From: Eledone cirrhosa
Lineage: Eukaryota
Reading direction: 5' to 3'
NCBI GenBank assembly: GCA_964016885.1
Contig: OZ024740.1
Span: forward strand, 20,708,001 to 20,772,000
Length of the DNA stretch: 64,000 nucleotides
Positions 29,501-45,700 of this stretch are shown here, piece after piece. The notes under the pieces are model-generated. The model was given only the letters and a program-made list of their open reading frames with translations. It ran no database searches and was not told the origin of the DNA. How positions within the stretch are numbered: the stretch's first letter is position 1; each line of letters opens with the position of its first letter. Made by a program: the position numbers and the translations under genes.

Positions 29501-32500
29501 CCAATCCACCACCCTAACATGGTGTCACACTCTACCTATACTGCCAATCCACCAACCTAACATGGTGTCAGACCCTCTACCGATACTGCTAATCCACCAC
29601 CCTAGCATGGCGTCAGACACTCTAACGATACTGCCAATCCACCACCCTAACATGGTGTCAGACCCTCTACCGATACTGACAATCCACCACCCTAGCATTG
29701 CGTCAGACCCTCTACCGATACTGCCAATCCACCAGCCTAGCATGGCGTCAGACACTCTACCAATACTGCCATTCCACCAACCTAGCATAGCGTCAGACCC
29801 TCTACCGATACTGCCAATCCACCACCCTAGCATGGTGTCCGACCCTCTACCGATACTGCCAATACACCACCCTAGCATGGTGTCAGACCCTCTACCGATA
29901 CTGGCAATCCACCACCCTAGCATGGTGTCCAGCCCTCTACTTATACTGCCAATCCACCACCCTAGCATGGTGTCCGACCCTCTACCGATACTGCCAATCC
30001 ACCGTCCTAACATGGTGTCAGACACTCTACCGATTCTGCCAATCCACCGTCCTAACATGGTGTCAGACACTCTAACGATTCTGCCAATACACCAGCCTAA
30101 CATGGTGTCAGACCCTCTACCAATACTGTCAATCCACCTCCCTAGCATGGCGTCAGACCCTCTACCAATACTGCCAATCCACCATCCTAGCATGGCGTCA
30201 GACCCTCTACTGATACTGCCAATCCACCACCCATGGTGTCCAGCCCTCTACCTATACTGCCAGTCCACCACCCTAACATGGCGTCAGAGCCTCTACCAAA
30301 ACTATCAATCCACCACCATAACATGGTGTCAGACCCTGTACCGATACTGCCAATCCACCAACCTAGCATGGCGTCAGAACCTCTACCTATACTGACAATC
30401 CACCACCCTAGCATGGTGTCAGACCCTGTACCGATACTGCCAATTCACCACCCCAGCATGGCGTCAGACTCTCTACCAATACTACCAATCCACCAGGCTA
30501 GCATGGCGTCAGACCCTCTACCAATACTGCCAATCCACCACCCTAGCATGGTGTGCGACCCTCTAACGATACTGCCAATCCACCACCCTAACATGGTGTC
30601 AGACACTCTACCAATACCTGCCAGTTCACCACCCTAGCATGGTGTCCAACCCTCTACCAATACCTGTCAGTCCACCACCCTAGCATGGTGTTCGACTCTC
30701 TACCGATACTGCCAATCCACCACTCTAGCATGGTGTACGACCCTCTACCAATACTGCCAATCCACCACCATAACATGGGGTCAGGCGCTCTACCTATACT
30801 GCAAATCCACCACCCTAACATGGTGTCAGATCCTCTACCTACACTGCCAGCACACCACCCTAACATGGCGTCAGACCCTCTACCTATACTGCCAATCCAC
30901 CTCCCTAGCATGGTGTCCAGCCCTCTACCTACACTGCCAGTTCACCACCCTAACATGGTGTCAGACCCTCTACCTATACTGCCAATCCACCACCCTAGCA
31001 TGGTGTCCGACACTCTACCGATACTGCCACTTCACAACCCTAGCATGGTGTCCAACCCTCTACCAATACTGCCAATCCACCACCCTAGCATGGTGTCCGA
31101 CCCTCTACCTATACTACCAATCCACCACCCTAGCATGGTGTCAGACCCTATACCGCTACTGCCAATCCACCACCCTAACATGGCGTCTGACCCTCTACCT
31201 ATACTGCCAATCCACCACCCTAACATGGTGTCAGACCCTCTAGCTATTCTGCCAGTCCACCACCCTAACATGGCGTCAGACCCTCTACCTATACTACCAA
31301 TCCACCACCCTAACATGGTATCCGACCCTCTAACTACACTGCCAGTTCACCACCCTAGCAAGGCATCAGACCCTCTACCTTTACTACCAATCCACCACCC
31401 TAACATGGTGTCCGACCCTCTACCTACACTGCCAGTTCACCACCCTAGCATGGTGTCAGACCCTCTACCTACACTGCCAGTTCACCACCCTAGCATGGTG
31501 TCAGACCCTCTACCGATACTGGCAATCCACCACCCTAACAGGGCGTCAGACACTCTACCTATACTACCAATCCACCACCCCAACATGGTGTCAGACGCTC
31601 TACCTATACTACCAATCCATCACCCTAACATGGTGTCAGACCCTCTACCTTTACTGCCAATCCACCACCCTAGCATGGTGTCAGACCCTCTACCAACACT
31701 GCCAGTCCACCACCCGAACATGGTGTCAGAACCTCTACCTATACTACCAATCCACCACCCTAGCATGGTGTCAGACCCTATACCGATACTGCCAATCCAC
31801 CACCCTAACATCGCGTCTGACCCTCTACCTATACTGGCAATCCAACACCCTAGCATGGTGTCAGACACTCTACCGATACTGCCAATCCACCACCCTAGCA
31901 TGCTGTCAGACCCTCTACCTATACTACCAATCCACCACCCTAGCATGGTGTCAGACCCTCTACCTATACTGCCAATCCACCACCCTAACATGGTTTCAAA
32001 CCCTCTACCAATACTGCCAATCCACCACCCTTACATGGTGTCAGACCCTCAACCAATACTGCCAATACACCACCCTAGCATGGTGTCAGACCCTCTACCT
32101 ATACTGCCAATCCACCACCCTAGCATGGCGTCAAACCCTCTACCAATACTGCCAATCCACCACCCTAGCATGGCGTCAGACCCTCTACCAATACTGCCAA
32201 TCCACCACCCTAGCATGGCGCAGACCCTCTGCCAATACTACCAATCCACCACCCTAGCATGGTGTGCGACCCTCTACCGATACTGCCAATCCACCACCCT
32301 AACATGGTTTTCAGACCCTTTACCAATACTGCCAGTCCACCACCCTAGCATGGTGTCCGACCCTCTACCGATACTGCCAATCCACCACCCTAGCATGGTG
32401 TCCGACCTCTACCAATACTGCCAATCCACCACACTAACATGGTGTCAGACGCTCTATCTATACTGCCAAACCACCACCCTAACATGGTGTCAGACCCTCT

Positions 32501-32570
32501 ACCGATACTACCAATCCCACACCCTAGCATGGCGTCAGACCCTCTAACGATACTGCCAATCCACCACCCT
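26545..32570. repeat. ~2.97-kb tandem duplication within the satellite
   Basis: The 2-bp-deleted variant CACACTCTACC occurs at 26561 and 29526. ORF pairs offset by 2965 (26560/29525, 26597/29562, 27689/30654, 28067/31032). The offset later drifts by whole monomers (2920, 3055). Confidence 0.9.
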
Positions 32571-35500
32571 AACATGGTGTCAGACCCTCTACAAATACTG
32601 CCAATCCACCACCCTAGCATAGTGTCCGACCCTCTACCGATGCTGCCAATCCACCACCCTAGCATGGTGTGCGACCCTCTACCTATACTACCAATCCACT
32701 ACCCTAACATGGCGTCAGACCCTCTACCGATACTGCCAATCCACCGTCCTAACATGGTGTCAGACCCTCTACCAATACTGCCAATCCACCAACCTAACAT
32801 GGTGTCAGACCCTCTACCGATACTGCCAATCCACCACCCTAGCATGGCGTCAGACACTCTAACGATACTGCCAATCCACCACCCTAACATGGTGTCAGAC
32901 CCTCTACCGATACAGCTAATCCACCACCCTAGCATGGCGTCAGACACTCTACCAATACTGCCATTCCACCAACCTAGCATGGTGTCCGACCCTCTACCGA
33001 TACTGCCAATCCACCGTCCTAACATGGTGTCAGATACTCTACCGATTCTGCCAATCCACCGTCCTAACATGGTGTCAGACACTCTAACGATTCTGCCAAT
33101 ACACCAGCCTAACATGGTGTCAGACCCTCTACCAATACTGTCAATCCACCTCCCTAGCATGGCGTCAGACCCTCTACCAATACTGCCAATCCACCATCCT
33201 AGCATGGCGTCAGACCCTCTACTGATACTGCCAATCCACCACCCATGGTGTCCAGCCCTCTACCTATACTGCCAGTCCACCACCCTAACCTGGCGTCAGA
33301 GCCTCTACCAAAACTATCAATCCACCACCATAACATGGTGTCAGACCCTGTACCGATACTGCCAATCCACCACCCTAGCATGGCGTCAGACTCTCTACCA
33401 ATACTACCAATCCACCAGGCTAGCATGGCGTCAGACCATCTACCAATACTGCCAATCCACCACCCTAGCATGGTGTGCGACCCTCTAACGATACTGCCAA
33501 TCCACCACACTAACATGGTGTCAGACACTCTACCAATACCTGCCAGTTCACCACACTAGCATGGTGTCCAACCCTCTACCAATACCTGCCGGTCCACCAC
33601 CCTAGCATGGTGTCCGACCCTCTACCTACACTGCCAGCCCACCACCCTAGCATGGTGTCAGACACTCTACCAATACTGCCAATCCACCACCCTAACATGG
33701 TGTCAGACCCTCTACCTACAATGCCAGCCTACCACCCTAACATGGCGTCATACCCTCTACCTATACTGCCAATCCACCTCCCTAGCATGGTGTCAGACCC
33801 TCTACCAATACTACCAATCCACCACCCTAGCATGGTGTCAGACCCTCTACCTATACTGCCAATCCACCACCCTAGCATGGTGTCAGACCCTCTACCAATA
33901 CTACCAATCCACCACCCTAGCATGGTGTCAGACCCTCCACCAATACTGCCAGTCCACAACCCTAACATGGTGTCAGACCCTCTACCAATACTACCAATCC
34001 ACCACCCTAGCATGGTGTCAGACCCTCTACCTATACTGCCAATCCACCACCCTAGCATGGTGTCAGACCCTCTACCTATACTGCCAATCCACCACCCTAT
34101 CATGGTGTCAGACCCTCTACCAATACTACCAATCCACCACCCTAGCATGGTGTCAGACCCTCTACCTATACTGCCAATCCACCACCCTAGCATGGTGTCA
34201 GACCCTCTACCTATACTGCCAATCCACCACCCTAGCATGGTGTCAGACCCTCTACCTATACTGCCAATCCACCACCCTAGCATGGTGTCAGACCCTCTAC
34301 CTATACTGCCAATCCACCACCCTAGCATGGTGTCAGACCCTCTACCAATACTGCCAATCCACCACCCTAGCATGGTGTCAGACCCTCTAGCAATACTACC
34401 AATCCACCACCCTAGCATGGTGTCAGACCCTCTACCAATACTGCCAATCCACCACCCTAGCATGGCGTGAGACACTCTACCAATACTACCAATCCACCAC
34501 CCTAGCATGGCGTCAGACTCTCAACCAATACTGCCAGTTCACCACCCTAGCATGGTGTTCGACTCTCTACCGATACTGACAATCCACCACTCTAGCATGG
34601 TGTCCGACCCTCTACCGATACTGCCAATCCACCACCATAACATGGGGTCAGGCGCTCTACCTATACTGCCAATCCACCACCCTAACATGGTGTCAGACCC
34701 TCTACCAATACTGCCAGTCCACCACCCTAGGATGGTGTCAGACCCTCTACCGATACTGCCAATCCACCACCCTACCATGGTGTCCGACCCTCTACCAATA
34801 CTGTCAATCCACCACCCTAACATGGTGTGAGACGCTCTACCTATACTGCCAATCTACTACCCTAACTTGGCGTCAGACCCTCTACCAATACTGCCAATCC
34901 ACCGTCCTAACATGGTGTCAGACCCTCTACCAATAATACCAATCCACCACCCTAACATGGTGTCAGACCCTCTACCGATACTGCCAATCCACCACCCTAG
35001 CATGGCGTCAGACCCTCTAACGATACTGCCAATCCATGACCCTAACATGGTGTCAGACACTCTACCGATACTGCCAATCCACCACCCTAGCATGGTGTCA
35101 GACCCTCTACCGATCCTGCCAATCCACCACCCTAGCATGGTGTGCGACCCTCTACTGATACTGCCAATCCACCACCCTAGTATCGTGTCCGAGCCTCTAC
35201 CAATACTGCCAATCCACCACCCTAACATGGTATCAGACCCTGTACCAATACTGCCATTCCACCACCCTAGCATGGTGTCCGACCCTCTAACGATACTGCC
35301 AATCCACCACCATAGCATGGTGTCCGACCCTCTACCAATACTGCCAATCCACCACTCTAACATGGTGTCAGACCCTCTACCGATACTGCCAATCCACCAC
35401 CCTAGCATTGCGTCAGACTCTTTACCAATACTGCCAATCCACCAGCCTAGCATGGCGTCAGACACTCTACCAATACTGCCAATCCACCAGCCTAGCATGG

Positions 35501-38500
35501 CGTCAGACACTCTACCGATACTGCCAATCCACCAACCTAGCATAGCGTCAGACCCTCTCCCAATACTGCCAATACACCACCCTAGCATGGCGTCAGACCC
35601 TCGACCAATACTGCCAATCCACTACCCTTGCATGGCGTATGACCCTCTACCGATACTGCCAATCCACCAACCTAGCATCGTGTCAGACCCTTTACCGATA
35701 CTGCCTATCCACCACCCTAGCATGGCGTCCGACCCTCTACCGATACTGCCAATACACCACCCTAGCATGGTGTCAGACTCTCTACCAATACTGGCAATCC
35801 ACCACCCTAGCATGGTGTCCAGCCCTCTACCTATACTGCCAATCCACCACCCTAGCATGGTGTCCAGCCCTCTACCTATACTGCCAGTCCACCACCCAAA
35901 CATGGTGACAGACTCTCTACCAATACTGCCAATCCACCACCCTAACATGCTGTCAGACCCTCTACCAATACTGCCAATCCACCTCACTAGCATGGCGTCA
36001 GACACTCTACCAATACTGCCAATCCACCACACTAGCATGGCATCAGACCCTCTACCAATACTGCCAATCCACCACCCTAACATGGTGTCAGACCCTCTAT
36101 CAATACTGCCAATCCACCACCCTAGCATGGTGTCAGACCCTCTACCTATACTACCAATCCACCACCCTAACATGGTGTCAGACCCTCTACCAATACTACT
36201 AATCCACCACCCTAACATGGTGTCAGACCCTCTACCAAAACTGCCAATGCACCGTCCTAACATGATGTCAGACCCTCTACCGATACTGACAATCCACCAC
36301 CCTAGCATGGTGTCAGACCCTCTACCTGTATTACCAATCCACCACCCTAGAATAGCGTCAGAACCTCTACCTATACTGCCAGTTCACCACCCTAACATGG
36401 TGTCAGACCCTCTACCGATACTACCAATCCACCACCCCAGCATGGTATCAGACTCTCTACCTATACTACCAATCCACCACCCTATCATGGCGTCAGACAC
36501 TCTACCTATACTGCCAATTAACCACCCTAACATGGCGTCAGACCTTCTACTGATACTGCCAATCCACCACCCTTGCATGGTGTCAAGCCCTCTACCGATA
36601 CTGCCAATCCACCACCTTAACATAGTGTCAGACCCTCTACCCATACTACCAATCCACCACCCTAGCATGGTGTCCAGCCCTCTACCTATACTGCCAGTCC
36701 AGCACCCAAACATGGTGTCAGACACTCTACCAATACTGCCAATCCACCACCCTAGCATAGCGTCAGACCCTCCACCAATACTGCCAATCCACCACCCTAG
36801 CATGGTATCAGACCCTCTACCTATACTACCAATCCACCACCCTAGCATGGCGTCAGACCCTCTACCTATACTGCCAATCCACCACCCTAACATGGTGTCC
36901 AGCCCTCTACCGATACTGCCAATCCACCACACTAACATGGTGTCAGACCCTCTACCGATACTACCAATCTACCAGCCTAGCATGGTGTCCGACCCTCTAC
37001 CGATACTGCCAATCCACCACCCTAACATGGTATCAGACCCTCTAACAATACTGCCAGTCCACCACACTAGCATGGTGTCTGACCCTCTACCGATTCTGCC
37101 AAATCCACCACCCTAGCATGGTGTCCGACCCTCTTTCAATACTGCCAATCCACCACTCTAACATGGTATCAGACCCTCCACCGATACTGTCAATCCACCA
37201 CCCTAGCATCGTGTCAGACCCTCTACCGATACTGCCAATCCACCACCCTAGCATGGGGTCCGACCCTCTATCGATACTGCCAATCCACCACCCTAACATG
37301 GTGTCAGACCCTCTACCAATACTGCCAATCCACCACCCTAGCATGGCGTCAGACCCTATAACGATACTGCCAATCCACCACCTAGCATGGCGTCAGACGC
37401 TCTACCGATACTGCCAATCCACCACCCTAGCATTGTGTCAGACTCTTTACCAATACTGCCAATCCACCAGCCTAGCATGGCGTCAGACACTCTACCAATA
37501 CTGCCAATCCACCAACCTAGCATGGCGTCAGACCTACTACCGATACTGCCAATCCACCACCCTAGCATGGTGTCCGACCCTCTACCAATACTGCCAATCC
37601 ACCACCATAACATGGGGTCTGGCGCTCTACCTATACTGCCAATCCACCACCCTAACATGGTGTCAGACCCTCTACCTACACTGCCAGTCCACCACCCTAA
37701 CTTGGCGTCAGACCCTCTACCAATACTGCCAATCCACCACCCTAACATGGTGTCAGACACTCTACCTATACTACCAATCCACCACCCTAACATGGTGTCA
37801 GACCCTCTACCAATACTGCCAATCCACCACTCTAGAATGGCGTCAGACCCTCTACCGATACTGCCATTTCACCGCCCTAGCATGGTGTCAGACCCTCTAC
37901 CAATACTGCCATTTCACCGCCCTAGCATGGTGTCAGACCCTCTCCCAATACTACTAATCCACCATCCCTACAGTGTGTCAGACCCTCTACCAATACTGCC
38001 AAACCACCACCCTAACATGGTGTCAGACCCTCTACCAATACTGCCAATGCACCGTCCTAACATGGTGTCAGACCCTCTACCGATACTGACAATCCACCAC
38101 CCTAGCATGGTGTCAGACCCTCTACCTGTACTACCACCCCACCACCCTAGAATAGCGTCAGAACCTCTACCTATACTGCCAGTCCACCACCCTAACATGG
38201 TGTCAGACCCTCTACCGATACTACCAATCCACCACCCTAACATGGTGTAAGACCCTCTACCTATACTACCAAACCACCACCCTATCATGGCGTCAGACCC
38301 TCTACCTATACTGCCAATCCACCACCTTAACATGGCGTCAGACCCTCTACTAACACTGCCAATCCACCACCCTAGCATGGTGTCAGACCCTCTACCGATA
38401 CTACCAATCCACCACCCTAGCATGGTGTCCGACCCTCTACCGATACTGTCAATCTACCACCCATGGTGTCAGACCCTCTACCTGTACTACCAATCCACCA

Positions 38501-41500
38501 CCCTCCCATGGTGTCAGACCCTCTATCAATACTGCCAATCCATCTCCCTAGCATGGCGTCAGACACTCTACCAATACTGCCAATCCACCACCCTAGCATG
38601 GCGTCAGACTCTCTACCAATACCTGCCAGTCCACCACCCTAGCATGGTGTTCGACCCTCTACCGATACTGCCAATCCACCACCCTAGCATGGTGTCCGAC
38701 CCTCTACCAATACTGCCACTCCACCACCATAACATGGGCTCAGGCGCTCTACCTATACTGCCAATCCACCACCCTAACATGGTGTCAGACCCTCTACCTA
38801 CACTGCCAGTCCACCACCCAAACATGGCGTCAGACCCTCTACCAATACTGCCAATCCACCACCCTAACATGGTGTCAGACCCTCAACCTATACTATCAAT
38901 CCACCACCCTAACATGGTGTCAGACCCTCTACCAATACTGCCAATCCACCACTCTAGAATGGCGTCAGACCCTCTAACGATACTGCCATTTCACCGCTCT
39001 AGCATGGTGTCAGACCTTCTACCAATACTGCCAATCCACTACCCTAACATGGTGTCAGACCCTCTAGCAATACTGCCAATGCACCGTCCTAACATGGTGT
39101 CAGACCCTCTACCGATACTGACAATCCACCACCCTAGCATGGTGTCAGATCCTCTACCTGTACTACCAACCCACCACCCTAGAATAGCGTCAGAACCTCT
39201 ACCTATACTGCCAGTCCACCACCCTAACATGGTGTCAGAACCTCTACCGATACTACCAATCCACCACCCTAGCATGGTGTAAGACCCTCTACCTATACTA
39301 CCAATCCACCACCCTATCATGGTGTCAGACCCTCTACCTATACTGCCAATCCACCACCCTAACATGGCGTCAGACCCTCTACTGACACTGCCAATCCACC
39401 ACCCTAGCATGGTGTCCAGCCCTCTGCCGATACTGCCAATCCACCACCCTAACATGGTGTCCGACCCTCTACCAATACTGCCAATCCACCACTCTAACAT
39501 GGTGTCAGACCCTCTACCGATACTGCCAATCCACCGTCTTAACATGGTGTCAGACCCTCTACCGATTCTGCCAATCCACCACCCTAACATGGTGTCAGAC
39601 CCTCTACCAATACTGCCAATGCACTGTCCTAACATGGTGTCAGATCCTCTACCGATACTGCCAATCCACCACCCATGGTGTCAGGCACTCTACCTGTACT
39701 ACCAATCCACCACCCTACCATGAAGTCAGACACGCTACCTATACTGCCAATCCACCACCCTAGCAAGGCGTCAGACTCTCTATCGATACTGCCAATCCAC
39801 CTCCCTAGCATGGTGTCAGACACTCTACCTATACTGCCAATCCACCACCCTAGCATGGCGTCAGACTCACTACCTATACTGCCAATCCACCACCATAGCA
39901 TGGCGTCAGACCCTCTACCTATACTGCCAATCAACCACCCTAACATGGCGTCAGACCCTCTACCGATACTGCCAATCCGCCACCCTAGCATAGCGTCAGA
40001 CCTTCTACCGATACTGCCAATCCGCCACCCTAGCATGGCGTCAGACTCACTACCAATACTGCCAATCCACCAGGCTAGCATGGCGTCAGACCCTCTAACA
40101 ATACTGCCAATCCACCACCCTAGCATAGCGTCAGACCCTCTACCAATACTGCTAGTCCACCACCCTAGCATGGTGTTCGACCCTCTACCGATACTGCCAA
40201 TCCACCACCCTAGCATCGTGTCTGACCCTCTACCAATACTGCCAATCCACCACCATAACATGGGTCAGGCGCTCTACCTACACTGCCAGTCCACCACCCT
40301 AACATGGCGTCAGACCCTCTACCTATACTACCAATCCACCACCCAAACATGGTGTCAGACCCTCTACCAATACTGCCAATCCACCACTCTAGCATGGCGT
40401 CAGACCCTCTACCGATACTGCCATTTCACCGCCCTAGCATGGTGTCAGACCCTCTACCAAAACTACTAATCCACCACCCCTACATGGTGTCAGATCCTCT
40501 ACCTATACTACCAATCCACCACCCTAACATGGTGTCAGACCCTCTACCAATACTGCCAATGCACCACCCTACCATGGTGTCAGACCCTCTATCAATACTG
40601 CCAATCCACCCCCCTAGCATGGCGTCAGACCCTCTACCAATACTGCCAATCCACCACCCTAGCATGGCGTCAGACCCTCTACTGATACTGCCAATCCACC
40701 ACCCTAGCATGTTGACCAGCCCTCTACCTATACTGCCAGTCCACCACCCTAACATGGCGTCAGAGCCTCTACCTATACTGCCAATCCACCACCCTAGCAT
40801 GTTGTCAGAGCCTCTACCAATACTACACATCCACCACCCTAACATGGTGTCAGACACTCTACCTATACTGCCAATCCACCACCCTAACATGGTGTCAGAC
40901 GCTCTACCAATACTGCCAATACACCACCCTAGCAAGGCGTCAGACCCTCTACCGATACTGCCAATCCACCACCCTAGCATAGCGTCAGACCCTCTACCGA
41001 TACTGGCAATCCACCACCCTAGCATGGTGTCCAGCCCTCTACCTATACTGCCATTCCACCACCCTAGCATGGTGTCCGACCCTCTACCGATACTACCAAT
41101 CCGTCACCCTAGCATGGCGTCCGACCCTCTACCGATACTGCCAATCCGCCACCCTAACATGGGGTCAGGCGCTCTACCTATACTGCCAATCTACCACCGT
41201 AACATGGTGTCAGACCCTCTACCAATACTGCCAATCCACCACCCTAGCATGTTGTCAGACCCTCTACCTATACTAACAATCCACCACCCTAACATGGTGT
41301 CAGACCCTCTACCAATACTGACAATCCACCACTCTAGCATGGCGTCAGACCCTCTACCGATACTGCCATTTCACCGCCCTAGCATGGTGTCAGACCCTCT
41401 ACTAATACTACTAATCCACCACCCCTACATGGTGTCAGACCCTCTACCTATACTACCAATCCACCACCCTAACATGGTATCAGACCCTCTACCAATACTG

Positions 41501-42719
41501 CCAATGCACCGTCTTAACATGGTGCAGACCCTCTACCGATACTGACAATCCACCACCCTAGCATGGTGTCAGACCCTCTACCTGTACTACCAATCCACCA
41601 CCCTAGCATAGCGTCAGAACCTCTACCTATACTGCCAGTCCACCACCCAAACATGGTGTCAGACCCTCTACCAATACTGCCAATCCACCACTCTAGCATG
41701 GCGTCAGACCCTCTACCGATACTGCCATTTAACCGCCCTAGCATGGTGTCAGACCCTCTACCTATACTACCAATCCACCACCCTAACATGGTATCAGACC
41801 CTCTACCAATACTGCCAATGCACCGTCTTAACATGGTGCAGACCCTCTACCGATACTGACAATCCACCACCCTAGCATGGTGTCAGACCCTCTACATGTA
41901 CTACCAATCCACCACCCTAGCATAGCGTCAGAACCTCTACCTATACTGCCGGTCCACCACCCTAACATGGTGTCAGACCCTCTACCAATACTACTAATCT
42001 ACCACCCCTACATGGTGTCAGACCCTCTACCTATACTACCAATCCACCACCCTAGCATGGTGTCCAGCCCTCTACCTATACTGCCAATCCACCACCCTAG
42101 CATGGTGTCCGACCCTCTACCGATACTGACAATCCGCCACCCTAACATGGTGTCAGACCCTCTGCCAATACCTGCCAGTCCACCACCCTAGCATGGTGTT
42201 CGACCCTCTACCGATACTGCCAATCCACCTCCCTATCATGGTGTCCGACTCTCTACCTATACTGCCAATCCACCACCCTAGCATGTTGTCAGAGCCTCTA
42301 CCAATACTGCAAATCCACCACCCTAGCATGTTGTCGGAACCTCTACCAATACTGCCAATCCACCACCCTAGCATGTTGTCAGAGCCTCTACCAATACTGC
42401 AAATCCACCACCCCAACATGGGGTCAGGCGCTCTACATATACTGCCAATCCACCACCCTAACATGGTGTCAGACCCTCTACCTATTCTACCAATCCTCCA
42501 CCCTATCATGGCGTCAGACCCTCTACTAATACTGCCAATCCACCAAGCTAGCATGGTGTCCAGCCCTCTACCGATACTGCCAATCCACCACCCTAACATG
42601 CTGTCAGACCCTCTATCAAAACTGCCAGTGCACCACTCTAGCATGGTGTCCGACCATCTACCGATTCTGCCAATCCACCACCCTATTATGGTGTCTGACC
42701 CTCTACCAGTACTGCCAAT

Positions 42720-45700
42720 CCACCACTCTAACATGGTGTCAGACTCTCTACCGACACTGCCAATCCACCGTACTAACATGGTGTCAGACCCTCTACCAAT
42801 ACTGCCAATGCATCGTCCTAACATGGTGTCAGACCCGCTACCGATACTGCCATTCCACCACCCATGGAGTCAGACCCTCTACCTGTACTACCAATCCACC
42901 ACCCTACCAAAGTGTCAGACCCTCTATCAATACTGCCAGTCCACCTCCCAAGCATGGCGTCAGACGCTCTACCAATACTGCCAATCCACCACCCTAGCAT
43001 GGCGTCAGACCCTCTACTGATACTGCCAATCCACCACTCTAGCATGGTGTCCAGCCCTCTACCTATACTGCCAGTCCACCAACCTAACATGGCGTCAGAG
43101 CCTCTACCTATACTACCAATCCACCACCCTAGCATGGTGTCAGAGCCTCTACCAATACTGCAAATCCACCACCCTAACATGGTGTCAGACACTCAACCTA
43201 TACTGCCAATCCACCACCCTAACATGGTGTCAGACCCTTTACCGATATTGCTAATCCACCACGTTAGCATGGCGTCATACCCTCTACCGATACTGCCAAT
43301 ACACCACCCTAGCATAGCGTCAGACCCTCTACCGATACTGCCAATCAACCACCCTAGCATGACATCAGACTCTCTACCAATACCTGCCAGTCCACCACCT
43401 AGCATGGTGTTCGACCCTCTACCGATACTGCCAATCCACCACCCTAGCATGGTGTTCGACCCTCTACCAATACTGCCAATCCACCACCATAACATGGGGT
43501 CAGTCGCTCTATCTATACTGCCAATCCACCACCCTAACATGGTGTCAGACCCTCTACCTACACTGCCAGTCCACCACCCTAACATGGCGTCAGACCCTCT
43601 ACCAATACTGCCAATCCACCACCCTAACATGGTGTCAGACCCTCTACCAATACTGCCAATCCACCACTCTAGCATGGCGTCAGACCCTCTACCGATACTA
43701 CTAATCCACCACCCCTACATGGTGTCAGACCCTCTACCAATACTGCCAATCCACTACCCTAACATGGTGTCAGACCCTCTACCAATACTGCCAATGCACC
43801 GTCCTAACATGGTGTCTGACCCTCTACCGATACTGACAATCCACCACCCTAGCATGGTGTCATACCCTCTACCGATACTACCAAACCACCACCCTAGCAT
43901 AGCGTCAGAACCTCTACCTATACTGCCAGTCCACCACCCTAACATGGTGTCAGACCCTCTACCGATACTACCAATCCACCACCCTAGCATGGTGTCAGAC
44001 CCTCTACCTATACTACCAATCCACAACCATATCATGGTGTCAGACCCTCTACCTATACTGCCAATCCACCACCCTAACATGGCGTCAGACCCTCTACTGA
44101 TACTGCCAATCCACCACCCTAGCCTGGTGTCCAGCCCTCTACCAATGCTGCCAATCCACCACCCTAACATGGTGTCAGACACTCTACCGATACTACCAAT
44201 CCACCACCCTAGCATGGCGTCAGACCCTCTACCAATACTGCTAATCCACCACCCTAGAATAGCGTCAGACCCTCTACCAATACTGCCAGACCACCACCTT
44301 AGCATGGTGTTTGACCCTCTATCGATACTGCCAATCCACCACCGTAGCATGGTGTCCGACCCTCTACCAATACTGCCAGTCCACCACCCTAACATGGCGT
44401 CAGACCCTCTACCTATACTGCCAATCCACCTCCATAGCATGGTGTCCAGCCCTCTACCAATACTACCAATCCACCACCCTAGCATGGTGTCAGACCCTCT
44501 ATCTTTACTACCAATCCACCACCCTAGCTTGGTGTCAGACCCTCTACCAATACTACCAGTCCACCACCCTAGCATGGTGTTAGACCCTCTACCTATACTG
44601 CCAGTCCACCTCCCTAACATGGTGTCAGACCCTCTACCTATACTGCCAATCCACCACCCTTACATGGTGTCAGACCCTCTAGCAATACTGCCAATGCACC
44701 ACCCTAGCATAGCGTCAGACCCTCTACCTATACTGCAAATCCACCACCGTAATATTGTGTCAAACCCTCTACCAATACTACCAAACCACCACCCTAGCAT
44801 GGCGTCGGACCCTCTACCAATACTGCCAATCCACCACCCTAGCATAGCGTCATACACTCTACCAATACTGCCAATCAACCACCCTAGGATGGCGTCTGAC
44901 CCTCTACCAATACTGCCAATCCACCACTCTAACATGGTGTCAGACTCTCTACCGACACTGCCAATCCACCGTCCTAACATGGTGTCAGACCCTCTACCAA
45001 TACTGCCAATGCACCGTCCTAACATGGTGTCAGACCCTCTACCGATACTGCCATTCCACCACCCATGGTGTCAGACCCTCTACCTGTACTACCAATCCAC
45101 CCACCTACCAAAGTATCAGACCCTCTATCAATACTGCCAATCCACCACCCTAGCATGGCGTCAGACGCTCTACCAATACTGCCAATCCACCACCCTAGCA
45201 TGGCGTCAGACCCTCTACTGATACTGCCAATCCACCACCCTAGCATGGTGTCCAGCCCTCTACCTATACTGCCAGTCCACCACCCTAACATGGCGTCAGA
45301 GCCTCTACCTATACTACTAATCCACCACCCTTGCATGTTGTCAGAGCCTCTACCAATACTGCAAATCCACCACCCTAACATGGTGTCAGACACTCAACCT
45401 ATACTGCCAATCCACCACCCTAACATGGTGTCAGACCCTCTACCGATATTGCCAATCCACCACCCTAGGAAGGCGTCAGACCCTCTACCGATACTGCCAA
45501 TCCACCACCCTAGCATAGCGTCAGACCCTCTACCGATAGTGCCAATCCACCAACCTAGCATGGCATCAGACTCTCTACCAATACCTGCCAGTCCACCACC
45601 CTAGCATGGTGTTCGACCCTCTACCGATACTGCCAATCCACCACCCTAGCATGGTGTCCGACCCTCTACCAATACTGCCAATCCACCACCATAACATGGG

